A program made the position numbers and the translations under genes. Under the pieces are notes generated by a model, which saw nothing but the letters and a program-made list of their open reading frames with translations, was not told the origin of the DNA and ran no database searches. Positions 8,860 through 18,251 of a DNA stretch of 64,000 bases are shown here, piece by piece. The stretch is from contig JAALKR010000008.1 in assembly GCA_011087955.1 (NCBI GenBank), positions 4,356 to 68,355 of the forward strand, in the 5' to 3' direction. This stretch comes from Oligoflexia bacterium (lineage in GTDB: Bacteria > Bdellovibrionota > UBA1018 > CAIPTA01 > JAALKR01). Within the stretch, counting starts at the first letter, position 1; every line of letters starts with the position of its first letter.

Positions 8860-11403
8860 ATGAAGATTTCTCTATCCTGGCTAAAAGAATATGTGGATCT
8901 GCCGCAAAATGTGACGGCGGATAAAATTGCAGAAAAGCTCACTTACGCAGGTCTTGAAGTGGAAGCTATTGAAGACCAAGGTATGGGGCTAGATAAAGTA
9001 TTTGTTGGGGCAGTTTTAGAGAAGAGACAACATCCAAATGCGGATCGCTTGTCACTGACGAAAGTTTCTGTAGGCAAAGCATTAGGAGATGAAGAAAAAA
9101 TCCTCCATATTGTCTGTGGTGCGCAAAATATTGCCAAAGGTCAGAAGGTTCCGGTTGCCACTATCGGCGCAGTGATTCCGGATGGCTTGGAAATTAAGCT
9201 CTCCAAAATTCGCGATGAAACCTCTGAGGGCATGCTTTGCTCACCAACAGAATTGAAAATCAACCATCCCGAAGGTGAAAAAGGGATTTATATCCTCGAT
9301 AATTCTGCTGAGACCGGTACTCCTTTTGCCGAGTACTTGGGAAAGAATGATGTAGTTTTTGATCTCAGCATTACGCCTGATCGAGGCGACGCGCTTTCAC
9401 ATATTGGGGTGGCGCGGGATTTAGCAGCGCTTTTTGATTGCAAGTTAAAGATACCAGAACCGAGACTTTCAGAAATGGAATCCCCTTGCGAAGTGTCTAT
9501 AACCTCGGAGATCCCCAAGCACTGCCCAGCCTATTTTGTTCGCTACATAGAAGGCGTGAAAGTTGGACCAAGTCCGAGCTGGTTGCGTAAACGTATTGAG
9601 GCAATTGGCTTACGCTCAACTAATAATGTTGTAGATATTTCTACCTATGTGATGTTCGAAATTGGACAACCGATTCATACATTTGATGCAAACACACTCG
9701 TGGAAGATAATCGTATTAAGATCACCATTCGAGATGGCAAAGAGGGTGAAGAGTTTCTGACAATTTCTCATCGAGAATTGAATTTAAATTCCAATGACAT
9801 TGTGATTGCTGCTGGCGAGAAGGAACAGATTACAGCCGCAATGGCAGGCGTAATGGGCTCGAATCAAACAGAAGTGTCCGATGCCACTTCAAATATCTTA
9901 ATTGAGTCTGCTATTTTTGATGCAGCCAGAGTGCGTGCAACAAGTCGGAACTATACGATGCTTACAGATGCTGCCTATCGCTTTGAGCGTAAGGTGGATC
10001 CGGCGCGCCTCGCCTGGGCTTGTGATCGCACAGCAGAACTGATTGTGAAGGTTGCAGGTGGCAAGGTTGGCCACCGAGTAGAGAACGCAGAAGCAAAAAC
10101 TGCACTTGAGGTCAACACTCACACAATTACAGTTTCTCTTCGTGAAATTACGCGCCTTCTCGGCAAGGCACCAGAGCCGGCTACCATTACAAAATTAATA
10201 GGGCGGCTGGGGTTTGGTGTAAAGGCACTTGGAGAAGAAGGTTTCGTCTTCACTGTCCCGACCTGGCGGAATGATGTGCATGTTGCGGAAGATATTATTG
10301 AAGAAATTATCCGCCTTTGGGGATTTGATAAATTAACATCAAAATTACCAGAAGCATTTGTCAAAAATGAGACTGCAGTAACTGTGCAAGAACGACAATT
10401 GCGGACAATACGGAAGCTTCTCACCGCTTGGGGATTTTCAGAGGCTTTGAATTTTACATTTACGAATATGGAAGCTGAACTTTTAGGGCTAAACAATTGG
10501 TTAAAGGCCTCTAAGTCAATTGATGATGAAGTAATACAAAAGGAATTGGATAAGGACTTCGTTCGTTTAGAGTCTCCACTCGGGGAAAGCTTTAATTTAT
10601 TACGCCGAGACTTATTGCCAGGGCTTGTGCGCAATGCACGATTAAATGCTTCTCACCGCATGCATGATATTCGTTTCTTTGAGATTCGCCCAACCTTTCA
10701 TTCTGTAGGTCCAACTAAAAAGAGTGATCCACGGACAGAAACCTTAACAAAAGAGAATTTGCGGCTAGCTTTTTTAGCTGGTGGTGCGACGATTCATGAA
10801 GACTGGCAAGGAGAAAAAGACAGCATTCATTTTTACGACATGAAGGGTTGGCTAGAATTAGTCCTTGGCGCTTTTGGTAAACAAAGTGGTGTGCGTTTTG
10901 TGAAGCCTGATAAAGTGGAAGAGATTCCTTATCACATGCACCCTGGGCAAACGGCGTTGCTCATGCAAGGAAATCGACCATTGGGGTACGTAGGACAAGT
11001 CCATCCATACGTATGCAAACAGAACGATATTCGTGTGAACCTCTATGGGGCTGACCTTGATTTAAATTGGGCCCTAAGTTTTGAAGAGCGAAAGCATCGC
11101 TTTAAGACGTTTGGTAAGTTTCCCAATGTGGAACGAGATTTTTCGGCGACAGTTGCAGAATCAATTTCTGCCGACAACTTGCGCAATACGATTAAATCCT
11201 CTGTAAAAGATTTACTGCGAGACATTAAATTCTTTGATGTCTATCGTGGTGAACGGATTCCAAAAGGGCATGTATCCTATGCATTCCGGGTTGTGCTTGG
11301 CTCGGATAAGGGCACGCTAGCGGATAAAGAAGTTCAGGACGTACAACAAAAAATCATCTCTACCCTTCAAGACAAATATCAGGCTCAATTTGCTGGACTC
11401 TAA
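8860..11403 (+). CDS. pheT: Phenylalanyl-tRNA synthetase beta subunit
   Basis: The 847-aa product starts MKISLSWLKEY and has an N-terminal tRNA-binding domain (HPNADRLSLTKV). It lies immediately downstream of pheS. Confidence 0.95.
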   Translation: MKISLSWLKEYVDLPQNVTADKIAEKLTYAGLEVEAIEDQGMGLDKVFVGAVLEKRQHPNADRLSLTKVSVGKALGDEEKILHIVCGAQNIAKGQKVPVATIGAVIPDGLEIKLSKIRDETSEGMLCSPTELKINHPEGEKGIYILDNSAETGTPFAEYLGKNDVVFDLSITPDRGDALSHIGVARDLAALFDCKLKIPEPRLSEMESPCEVSITSEIPKHCPAYFVRYIEGVKVGPSPSWLRKRIEAIGLRSTNNVVDISTYVMFEIGQPIHTFDANTLVEDNRIKITIRDGKEGEEFLTISHRELNLNSNDIVIAAGEKEQITAAMAGVMGSNQTEVSDATSNILIESAIFDAARVRATSRNYTMLTDAAYRFERKVDPARLAWACDRTAELIVKVAGGKVGHRVENAEAKTALEVNTHTITVSLREITRLLGKAPEPATITKLIGRLGFGVKALGEEGFVFTVPTWRNDVHVAEDIIEEIIRLWGFDKLTSKLPEAFVKNETAVTVQERQLRTIRKLLTAWGFSEALNFTFTNMEAELLGLNNWLKASKSIDDEVIQKELDKDFVRLESPLGESFNLLRRDLLPGLVRNARLNASHRMHDIRFFEIRPTFHSVGPTKKSDPRTETLTKENLRLAFLAGGATIHEDWQGEKDSIHFYDMKGWLELVLGAFGKQSGVRFVKPDKVEEIPYHMHPGQTALLMQGNRPLGYVGQVHPYVCKQNDIRVNLYGADLDLNWALSFEERKHRFKTFGKFPNVERDFSATVAESISADNLRNTIKSSVKDLLRDIKFFDVYRGERIPKGHVSYAFRVVLGSDKGTLADKEVQDVQQKIISTLQDKYQAQFAGL

Positions 11404-11490
11404 TTTATTGCGTTATTTCCGTGTTGCCTTTTGATTTAGATACGTTAGCATTAAACGATAGAGGTTTGCATGGACGTAAGAGGGGGCACC

Positions 11491-11841
11491 ATGACGAAAG
11501 CAGACTTAATCGAATCCGTTCACGAGAAGATTGGTTTTTCAAAGAAAGAGTCAGCAGATCTCGTCGAGCTGATCTTTAGTACGATGAAGGGCACACTTTC
11601 CCAGGGGAAGAAGATCAAAATTTCGGGCTTCGGTAATTTTGTTGTGCGAGAGAAGCGCTCCCGGATGGGACGTAACCCACAAACTGGCGAGGTTATGGAA
11701 ATTTCAGCTCGTCGAGTGTTGACCTTCCGTCCGTCGCAGGTCCTAAAAAATGGTCTAAATGGCGACAGCAGTCCAGTCGACAATGACAATAATCACAATC
11801 ACAGTTACCACGATAATAATGATAATGACGATTTTAGCTAA
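11491..11841 (+). CDS. ihfA: Integration host factor alpha / HU-family DNA-binding protein with an Asn/Asp/His-rich tail
   Basis: MTKADLIESVHEKIGFSKKESADLVE...ISGFGNFVVREKRSRMGRNPQTGEVMEISARRVLTFRPS is the IHF-alpha signature. The ATG at 11491 follows AGGGGG. Confidence 0.85.
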   Translation: MTKADLIESVHEKIGFSKKESADLVELIFSTMKGTLSQGKKIKISGFGNFVVREKRSRMGRNPQTGEVMEISARRVLTFRPSQVLKNGLNGDSSPVDNDNNHNHSYHDNNDNDDFS

Positions 11842-12244
11842 AGAGACTACTGCGGATAAGGATGCAGATGCAGGTATCACTGTGATTCCAGACAAGGTGT
11901 ATTTCCGCATTGGTGATGTTGCAGAAATTACTGGGGTCAAGCCTTACATTTTACGGTTTTGGGAAAAAGAATTTGGTCTTCTGCAGCCTATGAAAAATAG
12001 CTCCGGGCAAAGAATCTTCCGTAAAAAAGATGTGGAATCCGTTCTGCTGATTAAGCGCCTACTTTATAGAGAGCGGTATTCGATTGAAGGCGCAAAAAAG
12101 CGAATTAAAGAATTACGTAAGCAGAAGAAATTAGGTTCCGAAAAGCGGAAACGTGGTGAGCTCGATGAGACTAAGCTAAAAACCTTAGAAACGGTTCGCT
12201 CCGGCTTAAATGAGTTAATCAAATTAGCATCTCGGACAGGGTAA
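11825..12244 (+). CDS. MerR-family transcriptional regulator
   Basis: YFRIGDVAEITGVKPYILRFWEKEFGLLQPMKNSSGQRIFRKKDV is a MerR HTH. The start is taken at ATG 11825, which overlaps the ihfA end by 17 nt. The longer track ORF runs through the ihfA tail in another frame. Confidence 0.8.
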   Translation: MTILAKETTADKDADAGITVIPDKVYFRIGDVAEITGVKPYILRFWEKEFGLLQPMKNSSGQRIFRKKDVESVLLIKRLLYRERYSIEGAKKRIKELRKQKKLGSEKRKRGELDETKLKTLETVRSGLNELIKLASRTG

Positions 12245-12292
12245 CTTGTACGATTAAGTGCAAAACTTTTACATCTGAATACGATACGAGCT

Positions 12293-12321
12293 CGCGCTAA
12301 CTACATGCTGTAGTTAGCGCG
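12293..12321. terminator. Perfect 13-bp stem with a 3-nt loop between convergent merR and gspN; possible bidirectional terminator
   Basis: cgcgctaactaca (12293-12305), tgc, then tgtagttagcgcg (12309-12321). No U-tract follows on either strand, so terminator function is inferred from position only. Confidence 0.5.
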
Positions 12322-12329
12322 CTTACGGT

Positions 12330-13331
12330 CTAGGGTCCCGGCTTATAGGGCTTTGGCTTCGGGGCGCCGATTGACCCTTCCAGCTTGGTGGCGAATCTGC
12401 CTCGGGCATCTTTAGCAAACACGCTTGATAGTAGCGGATTTTCTAGGATCGGCCTTAATTTATCTCTCGGGGTCACGCGAACGATAAGGTCCATGGAGCT
12501 GCGATTGATCGGGTCACTGAGCTTTACTTCTCCATCTAAGTCCGCCTCTAGGTCCGTACCTTTGCCTTTTAACGTGGCTTGATTAAAGCGAAGCCGGCCC
12601 TTTTTAGCGTTCCCTTTTAGACTGAGATCTCCAAATTTTAATATACCCAAGCTCTTCACAAAATTATCATTCACAAAAACACCTGGATTAAACTCCAGCC
12701 CTTTAACTGCAATGGAAAGCTCACCGTCCGCAATTCCGAGCCGTCCGCGTTGCGAGGACATTTCAAATCCCAACTCATTAATAAGGCCTTTTATGCTTGA
12801 AGTGTGTTGCAAAGCGCGGACGCGAGAGAGCGAAATATTCTTCGCATAGATTTCAGTCTCAACCTTACCAATCATCGAAAAGGATCCGGAAATTTCACCA
12901 CCAAAAGCATCGGCCGAAAAGGAGCCGCCCGGCATCGCATCCTTTTTAAATTGAGCTTGAATCAATTGTAAAATACTGGGCCTGAACACAAACTCTTCGA
13001 ATGTAATCCCCTCCGTAACTAGAGCCTGCTGGAGCTCGGATTTATTATCTTGACGCATCTTCGATCCAGAACGAGCTCGAATTTGCAAATTTTTAATTAT
13101 GACTCGAGGGCCAAGAATAAAGGAGATGTTTACATCCGAAGCATCGAAATCTATTTGTGTGGCTTTCGAGAGCTCTACTAGCACCCGGCCACCAAATCGA
13201 TCAAAAGGGATCTTTGTGACTAAAACTAGAGCAAAGACCGTTAAGCTAAAAAGTGCATAGCCCACTTGAATGCGATTAACCTTCGGTTTACCTTTCGCAT
13301 TTTCATTTTGCTTTATCTTTCGCATTCTCAT
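12330..13331 (-). CDS. gspN: Putative type II secretion system protein N
   Basis: This is the last gene of the gsp operon. It has a single N-terminal TM helix (VGYALFSLTVFALVLV) and a large periplasmic domain. The call rests mainly on its position after gspM. The start is taken at ATG 13331. Confidence 0.5.
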   Translation of the reverse strand: MRMRKIKQNENAKGKPKVNRIQVGYALFSLTVFALVLVTKIPFDRFGGRVLVELSKATQIDFDASDVNISFILGPRVIIKNLQIRARSGSKMRQDNKSELQQALVTEGITFEEFVFRPSILQLIQAQFKKDAMPGGSFSADAFGGEISGSFSMIGKVETEIYAKNISLSRVRALQHTSSIKGLINELGFEMSSQRGRLGIADGELSIAVKGLEFNPGVFVNDNFVKSLGILKFGDLSLKGNAKKGRLRFNQATLKGKGTDLEADLDGEVKLSDPINRSSMDLIVRVTPRDKLRPILENPLLSSVFAKDARGRFATKLEGSIGAPKPKPYKPGP

Positions 13332-13938
13332 TTTGTTCCGAGTTCCTAGCCTGTGAAGAAGTTTTTTGTAAAGTGACTTTGGCCCACATATATCCTTTGC
13401 GGTCATTTTTTAAGTCAACGTCGAGTCCCGTAATTGCTACGAGTGCTCCAGATGCTTCGATCGAATGGATTGCACCCATCAATTGTCGGATGGAAATTTT
13501 ATTCAAGCTCATCGTAATACTGGCTGCCGCTCCCTCATCTTCTTTGATTTCAACAGAGGCTTCGCTCACGGAAGCTTTCGACGCACTCTTGGCTGCTATT
13601 TCTTGCAAACTCGCATTTGGATCGACAGACTTACGTTTTGCTTGATTCGTTTGTCGAACTTGATCATTGAGAGAGGAAATTTCTTTCTTAGACTTTTTTA
13701 AGAAGTAAATGGTTTCTTGGGCAGAATGGATTGCAGATTTTTTATTGGACACTGACATTGCGAGTGAAACTGGAATATAGAGCACAATTAAGGTCACGAC
13801 TCCAGCAATACTCAATGTAGCAATCTGCTGTGTCTTCGGTTCTAGCTCGGAGAAGCGACTCTGGAATTCAATAAAGAGTTCCGAATCTTGAATTTGGTCA
13901 CGTAGGCGAATAAATACTGGTTCAAATTTTTCCCACAT
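13303..13938 (-). CDS. gspM: Type II secretion system protein M
   Basis: The 211-aa product has a short cytoplasmic N-terminus, one TM helix (ATLSIAGVVTLIVLYIPVSLA) and a periplasmic C-domain. It lies immediately after gspL. Confidence 0.6.
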   Translation of the reverse strand: MWEKFEPVFIRLRDQIQDSELFIEFQSRFSELEPKTQQIATLSIAGVVTLIVLYIPVSLAMSVSNKKSAIHSAQETIYFLKKSKKEISSLNDQVRQTNQAKRKSVDPNASLQEIAAKSASKASVSEASVEIKEDEGAAASITMSLNKISIRQLMGAIHSIEASGALVAITGLDVDLKNDRKGYMWAKVTLQKTSSQARNSEQNENAKDKAK

Positions 13939-13939
13939 C

Positions 13940-15595
13940 TTACAAACCCTTCTCGAGCGTATAAGTCACTCTGGCTGTAAAGCCACTCGGGTTTTTCGTG
14001 ATATTTGGCTCTTCTGGTCCCTTGCTAATCCATTTCAGCTTTCTAATCGAGTTAATTGCAGATTCGAGGTCCGTTTGACTAGATGATTCGAGTTCTAGAT
14101 TAAGGTTTGGTGTGGCCAAGTTTAGTTTCCGAATTTCTAAAACCACTGTACGTGGCACGGACTCACTGAGAGCTCGCAATAGGTTCAGCACGGAGTATTC
14201 CTCTTCGGAGATGGAAGTACCAATCTGTACTTTTAAATCATTGATCATGCGATTGACTTTGCGCTTGAGAGAGGCTGATTGCCCTGTCCGTTCCATTTCT
14301 CGGCGATATTTCGCTCGATCACTCCGTTTTGAGCTTGGTAAGGTGCTCTTTATCTCAGAAGCTAGACGCTGCTGTAATTTTTTTCGTTGCGGAGCAAGGA
14401 AAGTATTTTGAAATATCAGGCTCACAATAATTACCACATAGACAATTGCGAGCAAGCGAATCGGATGAGCAAGATTGCGTAGGTTTAAGGAGTCAAATAC
14501 AGACTTCTTCGAACGCAAATCACCTTGGCGGAAATTTAGTGCCTGTTTAGAGCGCCCTTCAAGTTGAGAAAGCCCTAGAGCTAAAGACTCGGACAAAACA
14601 AGTTCTTCACTAGAGTTTAATTTGTGCGATTGATTTTCGAAGCTTGAGGAGATATCCAGCGGGTGGGTAGGGATTTGCCAGCGAGCCGCTAGATAGTCAC
14701 AAATACCCGGAGTCTGGCTTGTGCCACCTGTGATAAAAATTTGATCGATGCGAGCATTATTGCGTGAAAAATGTGCCATTAAGCATTGATGAAAATCATG
14801 GAGTACAGGATCGAGTACGCTAGCAATTAAATTTGAAAAAACCTTTTGCTCCTCTGTTTGTTCCACGCCAGGGGGAGCAAGAAAGCCAGACTTGCGTTTT
14901 GCCGCTTCTGCTTCTTCGCGCGTAATATTATAGTTTTTGGCAATTGCTGTGGATATATGAAAGCCACCAACCATAGATGTGCGATTCAGTACTGGAATGG
15001 AGTTTTGGAAAATGCATATCGAGCTTTTGCGGGAGCCAAGGTTAATAATTGCTGTCGATTTATCGCCAAAGATTTGTTTTTGACGCTTAAAAAATGAGGT
15101 TAAGGCGGAATGAGGGCTAGTGATGACGTCCACATCTAGGCCAGCTTGAGATTGGATTGTTTCCAAAAAGGCGCGCAATTGATTAGTTTGAGCGACAGCG
15201 CACATTGCCGAAGTCTTTTTTGAAGATTGCGAAAAAATTTGCATAGCTATGATGCATTTATCTAAATCAAAAGGAACTTCGTCTTCGATTTGAAATCTTG
15301 CCGACTGAGTAATCCGTTTCTTATCTGAAAAAGGGAAATTCAACACCCGAATGGTGAATAGGTTATTCGGCACATTCGTGACAATACGATCCACTTTGCC
15401 ATTATAAATCTCTGCCACTTGTCGGAGGCTATTTATTTGGGATTCTGAAAGACCTCCGCGAGAGATAGCAAAATCGCCGAGCGCATCAGGCAAAGGAATT
15501 ACTTGGTGCTGGATAAACTCAAAGTGATTGAAGCGCGAATCGAATAAACAAACTTTGACTTGCGCAGATCCAATATCAATTGCGAGCAGCTTCAA
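13940..15595 (-). CDS. gspL: Type II secretion system protein L (actin-like/PilM-like cytoplasmic domain)
   Basis: It starts MKLLAIDIGSAQVKVCLFD (actin-ATPase fold phosphate-1 motif) and also has GGTSQTPG. A central TM helix (IRLLAIVYVVIIVSLIF) separates a periplasmic C-domain. Confidence 0.75.
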   Translation of the reverse strand: MKLLAIDIGSAQVKVCLFDSRFNHFEFIQHQVIPLPDALGDFAISRGGLSESQINSLRQVAEIYNGKVDRIVTNVPNNLFTIRVLNFPFSDKKRITQSARFQIEDEVPFDLDKCIIAMQIFSQSSKKTSAMCAVAQTNQLRAFLETIQSQAGLDVDVITSPHSALTSFFKRQKQIFGDKSTAIINLGSRKSSICIFQNSIPVLNRTSMVGGFHISTAIAKNYNITREEAEAAKRKSGFLAPPGVEQTEEQKVFSNLIASVLDPVLHDFHQCLMAHFSRNNARIDQIFITGGTSQTPGICDYLAARWQIPTHPLDISSSFENQSHKLNSSEELVLSESLALGLSQLEGRSKQALNFRQGDLRSKKSVFDSLNLRNLAHPIRLLAIVYVVIIVSLIFQNTFLAPQRKKLQQRLASEIKSTLPSSKRSDRAKYRREMERTGQSASLKRKVNRMINDLKVQIGTSISEEEYSVLNLLRALSESVPRTVVLEIRKLNLATPNLNLELESSSQTDLESAINSIRKLKWISKGPEEPNITKNPSGFTARVTYTLEKGL

Positions 15596-15606
15596 TGCAA
15601 TACTCC

Positions 15607-16977
15607 TTAGTCCGTCCTCAAGTATACTATGGGGGGCGGATTATTGTCATTCTTTGAAGTCGTCTTTTCCTGATTGTCTTTGCTCTCTTTGCGAGCCTCG
15701 TCTGGACTCATTAACTTCCGTTGTTCTGGTGGTGCAGCTCCCAATTGTGCGACCCAAACTCGACGAGCATCGCCGCTTTTCGCTTCAATCAGAACACGGA
15801 AAGCGGTTTCAGTAGTGGTCAGAGCTAATTCTCGTTTCTCCAATTCCTTTTTATCGTCTTCCGAGAACTCAAACTCATCCTGCATATATTTCCAAAAATC
15901 TTCAATCTTAGAAAAACCCACTTCTCTGCTATGCTTACTAAGCTGCTGAGTCATATCCTCATTAAAACTTGGAAAGAGTGCTTGAATTAGAGCCTCACTC
16001 ATACGATTAATGTTGATTCCATCCGTGAGTGCTGCAGTAAAATTCTGCGAGACGAATTCCACGAGTTCGTCATCAAAGCCCTTCACCATATGCAATTCAG
16101 ACAAAGAGTAGAGTGGAGCGTTCTTTAGCGCATACGGAGGATCATGATTACTATAAAAGCTTTCCTTAGGTGCGCCTTCAGCGTCCAGAAAAGTTTCCTT
16201 ATCAATCCAAGCGAGAATATTTCCTACTAATTCATCCGCAGTAATAGAGTCATATTTTTGTGCAAAATCTTCGTCATCCTCAAACTTCTTATCCATCAAG
16301 GCTTGCAGGGTCTCACTGATCGTGGCGCGAACGGTTTGCAATCGTTTGCCTCGGTCCTCTTCTGTCTCTTTGTCTGAATCTTCCTCTTTTTCTGAATTTT
16401 CATCGTCATCATCATCTTCGCCCTCCCCATCCTCATCGTCACTGTCTTCATCTTCATCCTTATCACTATCCTTGTCCTTCTTTCTCTCCGCAAGCCAAAT
16501 GAGTCGATTAAGGTTTAATTTCGACGAATCGGGGACAAGCTTTACAGAAACTTGACTGTTGTGAAGCCCCAGTTCTTCATTAAAATTGTCTAAAGCTGAT
16601 CTAGCAACTAAGGTGGCACTGGAGGGTAGAGGGGGGGGTAGAATGAGAGGAATATTATAAATTTGGTTAACATCGGTGTTTTTGACCGGGGAATTTTTAC
16701 CAATCTGTTTAATTTTCTGAAGTGCTTTATTAGCTGCATGCACTTGCAAACGTCCCAGCTGTAGTGCACCTCGAGCTAAGTATTTGGCCCGTAAATTGTC
16801 GACCGTATTATTAACAACCTTTTGATAGACTGCGACCTCATAAATTAACTCCGCCGTTAATATTGCAATCACCGTAACCGTCGTAATGGATAGCATCATT
16901 GCAATACCGTGCTCATTACGCAGCAATTTTTGCATACCTTTCTTATCATTGTGCACTATGGATCGACTCGGCTTCAT
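15607..16977 (-). CDS. gspK: Type II secretion system minor pseudopilin K, with a poly-acidic insertion
   Basis: The N-terminal hydrophobic helix is HGIAMMLSITTVTVIAILTAELIY. Size and position after gspJ fit GspK. Residues 165-211 are an Asp/Glu-rich insert. Confidence 0.75.
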   Translation of the reverse strand: MKPSRSIVHNDKKGMQKLLRNEHGIAMMLSITTVTVIAILTAELIYEVAVYQKVVNNTVDNLRAKYLARGALQLGRLQVHAANKALQKIKQIGKNSPVKNTDVNQIYNIPLILPPPLPSSATLVARSALDNFNEELGLHNSQVSVKLVPDSSKLNLNRLIWLAERKKDKDSDKDEDEDSDDEDGEGEDDDDDENSEKEEDSDKETEEDRGKRLQTVRATISETLQALMDKKFEDDEDFAQKYDSITADELVGNILAWIDKETFLDAEGAPKESFYSNHDPPYALKNAPLYSLSELHMVKGFDDELVEFVSQNFTAALTDGININRMSEALIQALFPSFNEDMTQQLSKHSREVGFSKIEDFWKYMQDEFEFSEDDKKELEKRELALTTTETAFRVLIEAKSGDARRVWVAQLGAAPPEQRKLMSPDEARKESKDNQEKTTSKNDNNPPPIVYLRTD

Positions 16978-16981
16978 CGGT

Positions 16982-17752
16982 TTAACGCCCTACTTTCTGT
17001 TTGAGAGAGGCATTCAGAGATAGAATTGGCGCAAATTCGGAGCGCCATTTGCGTACGTTCTTTTCGTCTGCCGGATCAACAATCTCAAATTCAATAGCAA
17101 CCAAAGAAGGGAAGCGACTCTCATCCTGCACATAAGCGCCTTCCGAATCCCAGGTACTTTCCCATTTTTCCTTGTCCGCACGATAAAATTCGAATTTTGC
17201 ACTCTGTAAATTCTCTAAAACGGCAAATTTTTTTAGATCATCTGAAGAGCTAAACTCCTCTCGGTAGTCATAGATATTAAAATCTACAGACTTCATAATC
17301 CGATACTGCCCCTCCTTATCCTGTTCAATTTCATAAATCACTCGCTGCAAAGTAGACTCCTTGGAGTCTACAATAAGGCGACGATTAGAATTAGCGATGA
17401 AGGAAATTTTCTCTTGAGCCCCTTTGAATCTAGTTCGACGCAAACCATCTAGTCTTTGCTCTGCGGACCAAAATTCATCCGGACGATTATCCGAAGGAGG
17501 ATTTGTTTTCCCCAATAACGGTGAAAACATTTGCGAGATATCGCGATCTATCGAAGCTGTCGCAATTGAAATGGAGAGCATAATATCAGTTTCCGACGAA
17601 AGCTCTCGATTGATTTCAAAGCTAGACACGATCACGTTATAGATTCCCACACTCATTAAGGCAAGGATTGCCGTTGAGACTAAAACCTCAATTAGCGTAA
17701 AGCCTGCCTCCACAGCATTCAATTTTTTAGATCGATGTTCTAAACTCTGCAT
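16982..17752 (-). CDS. gspJ: Type II secretion system minor pseudopilin J
   Basis: It carries the prepilin motif EAG|FTLIEVLVSTAILALMSV. Operon position supports the call. Confidence 0.8.
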   Translation of the reverse strand: MQSLEHRSKKLNAVEAGFTLIEVLVSTAILALMSVGIYNVIVSSFEINRELSSETDIMLSISIATASIDRDISQMFSPLLGKTNPPSDNRPDEFWSAEQRLDGLRRTRFKGAQEKISFIANSNRRLIVDSKESTLQRVIYEIEQDKEGQYRIMKSVDFNIYDYREEFSSSDDLKKFAVLENLQSAKFEFYRADKEKWESTWDSEGAYVQDESRFPSLVAIEFEIVDPADEKNVRKWRSEFAPILSLNASLKQKVGR

Positions 17753-18251
17753 TATATCTCACTAAGAAGGTGCTAAATTCTTCCTCCTGAATCTTGCCGT
17801 CCTCATCCCAAATAATTGTAATTTTGAGCATGCGCACAGAGTCTTTCAAGTAGTTCAAAAAAGTTTGCATGATAAGATTCTGCGCTTCTTCTGGAGCTTC
17901 ATCATCTTTTTCTGTAGCAATAGCTCCAGAAAGAATTTTCGCAAGTGCTGTGAAATCTACTTCTTTAACTTCACGTTTCCATTTGAAATTATCATAAGGC
18001 TCTTTGAATTCACCTTCTTCTTCTTTTTTAAGAAGCTGAAACTCTTTATTACCTAGCTCGACTTCAGATTTTTCGAGCATGGTACGAGCTAGGTTAGCTG
18101 CCTTGAGTGTGTTCTCTGCTCGACTCGTGGAAAGAATTCCTGAACTTTGAGCAATATAGGCGCTCAATAGAACTATCGTTAGAATTGAAAAGGCGACCAT
18201 TACTTCTAGGAGAGTAAATCCCTTATTCTTCAATCGCATCATCTGTGTCAT
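17727..18251 (-). CDS. gspI: Type II secretion system minor pseudopilin I
   Basis: It carries the prepilin motif NKG|FTLLEVMVAFSILTIVLL. Operon position supports the call. Confidence 0.8.
   Translation of the reverse strand: MTQMMRLKNKGFTLLEVMVAFSILTIVLLSAYIAQSSGILSTSRAENTLKAANLARTMLEKSEVELGNKEFQLLKKEEEGEFKEPYDNFKWKREVKEVDFTALAKILSGAIATEKDDEAPEEAQNLIMQTFLNYLKDSVRMLKITIIWDEDGKIQEEEFSTFLVRYNAEFRTSI

Noticed and set aside
10119-10634. 171-aa antisense ORF inside pheT, plus similar antisense or off-frame track ORFs inside gspD, gspE and the helicase gene (e.g. 23011-23472, 21311-21694, 27433-27891, 30587-30991) and elsewhere
   Set aside because: All lie fully within strongly supported genes on the opposite strand or in another frame. 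They have Ser/Arg/Pro-rich shadow composition and lack SD sequences.
11759-11824. Upstream extension of the MerR ORF (MATAVQSTMTIITITVTTIIMI...)
   Set aside because: It is an alternative-frame reading of the repetitive ihfA tail. The MerR HTH begins well downstream, and ATG 11825 gives a normal-length N-terminus.
16322-16555. 77-aa poly-Ser ORF on the plus strand
   Set aside because: It is the complement of the GspK Asp/Glu tract (GAn codons read as nTC), so it is a low-complexity mirror artefact.
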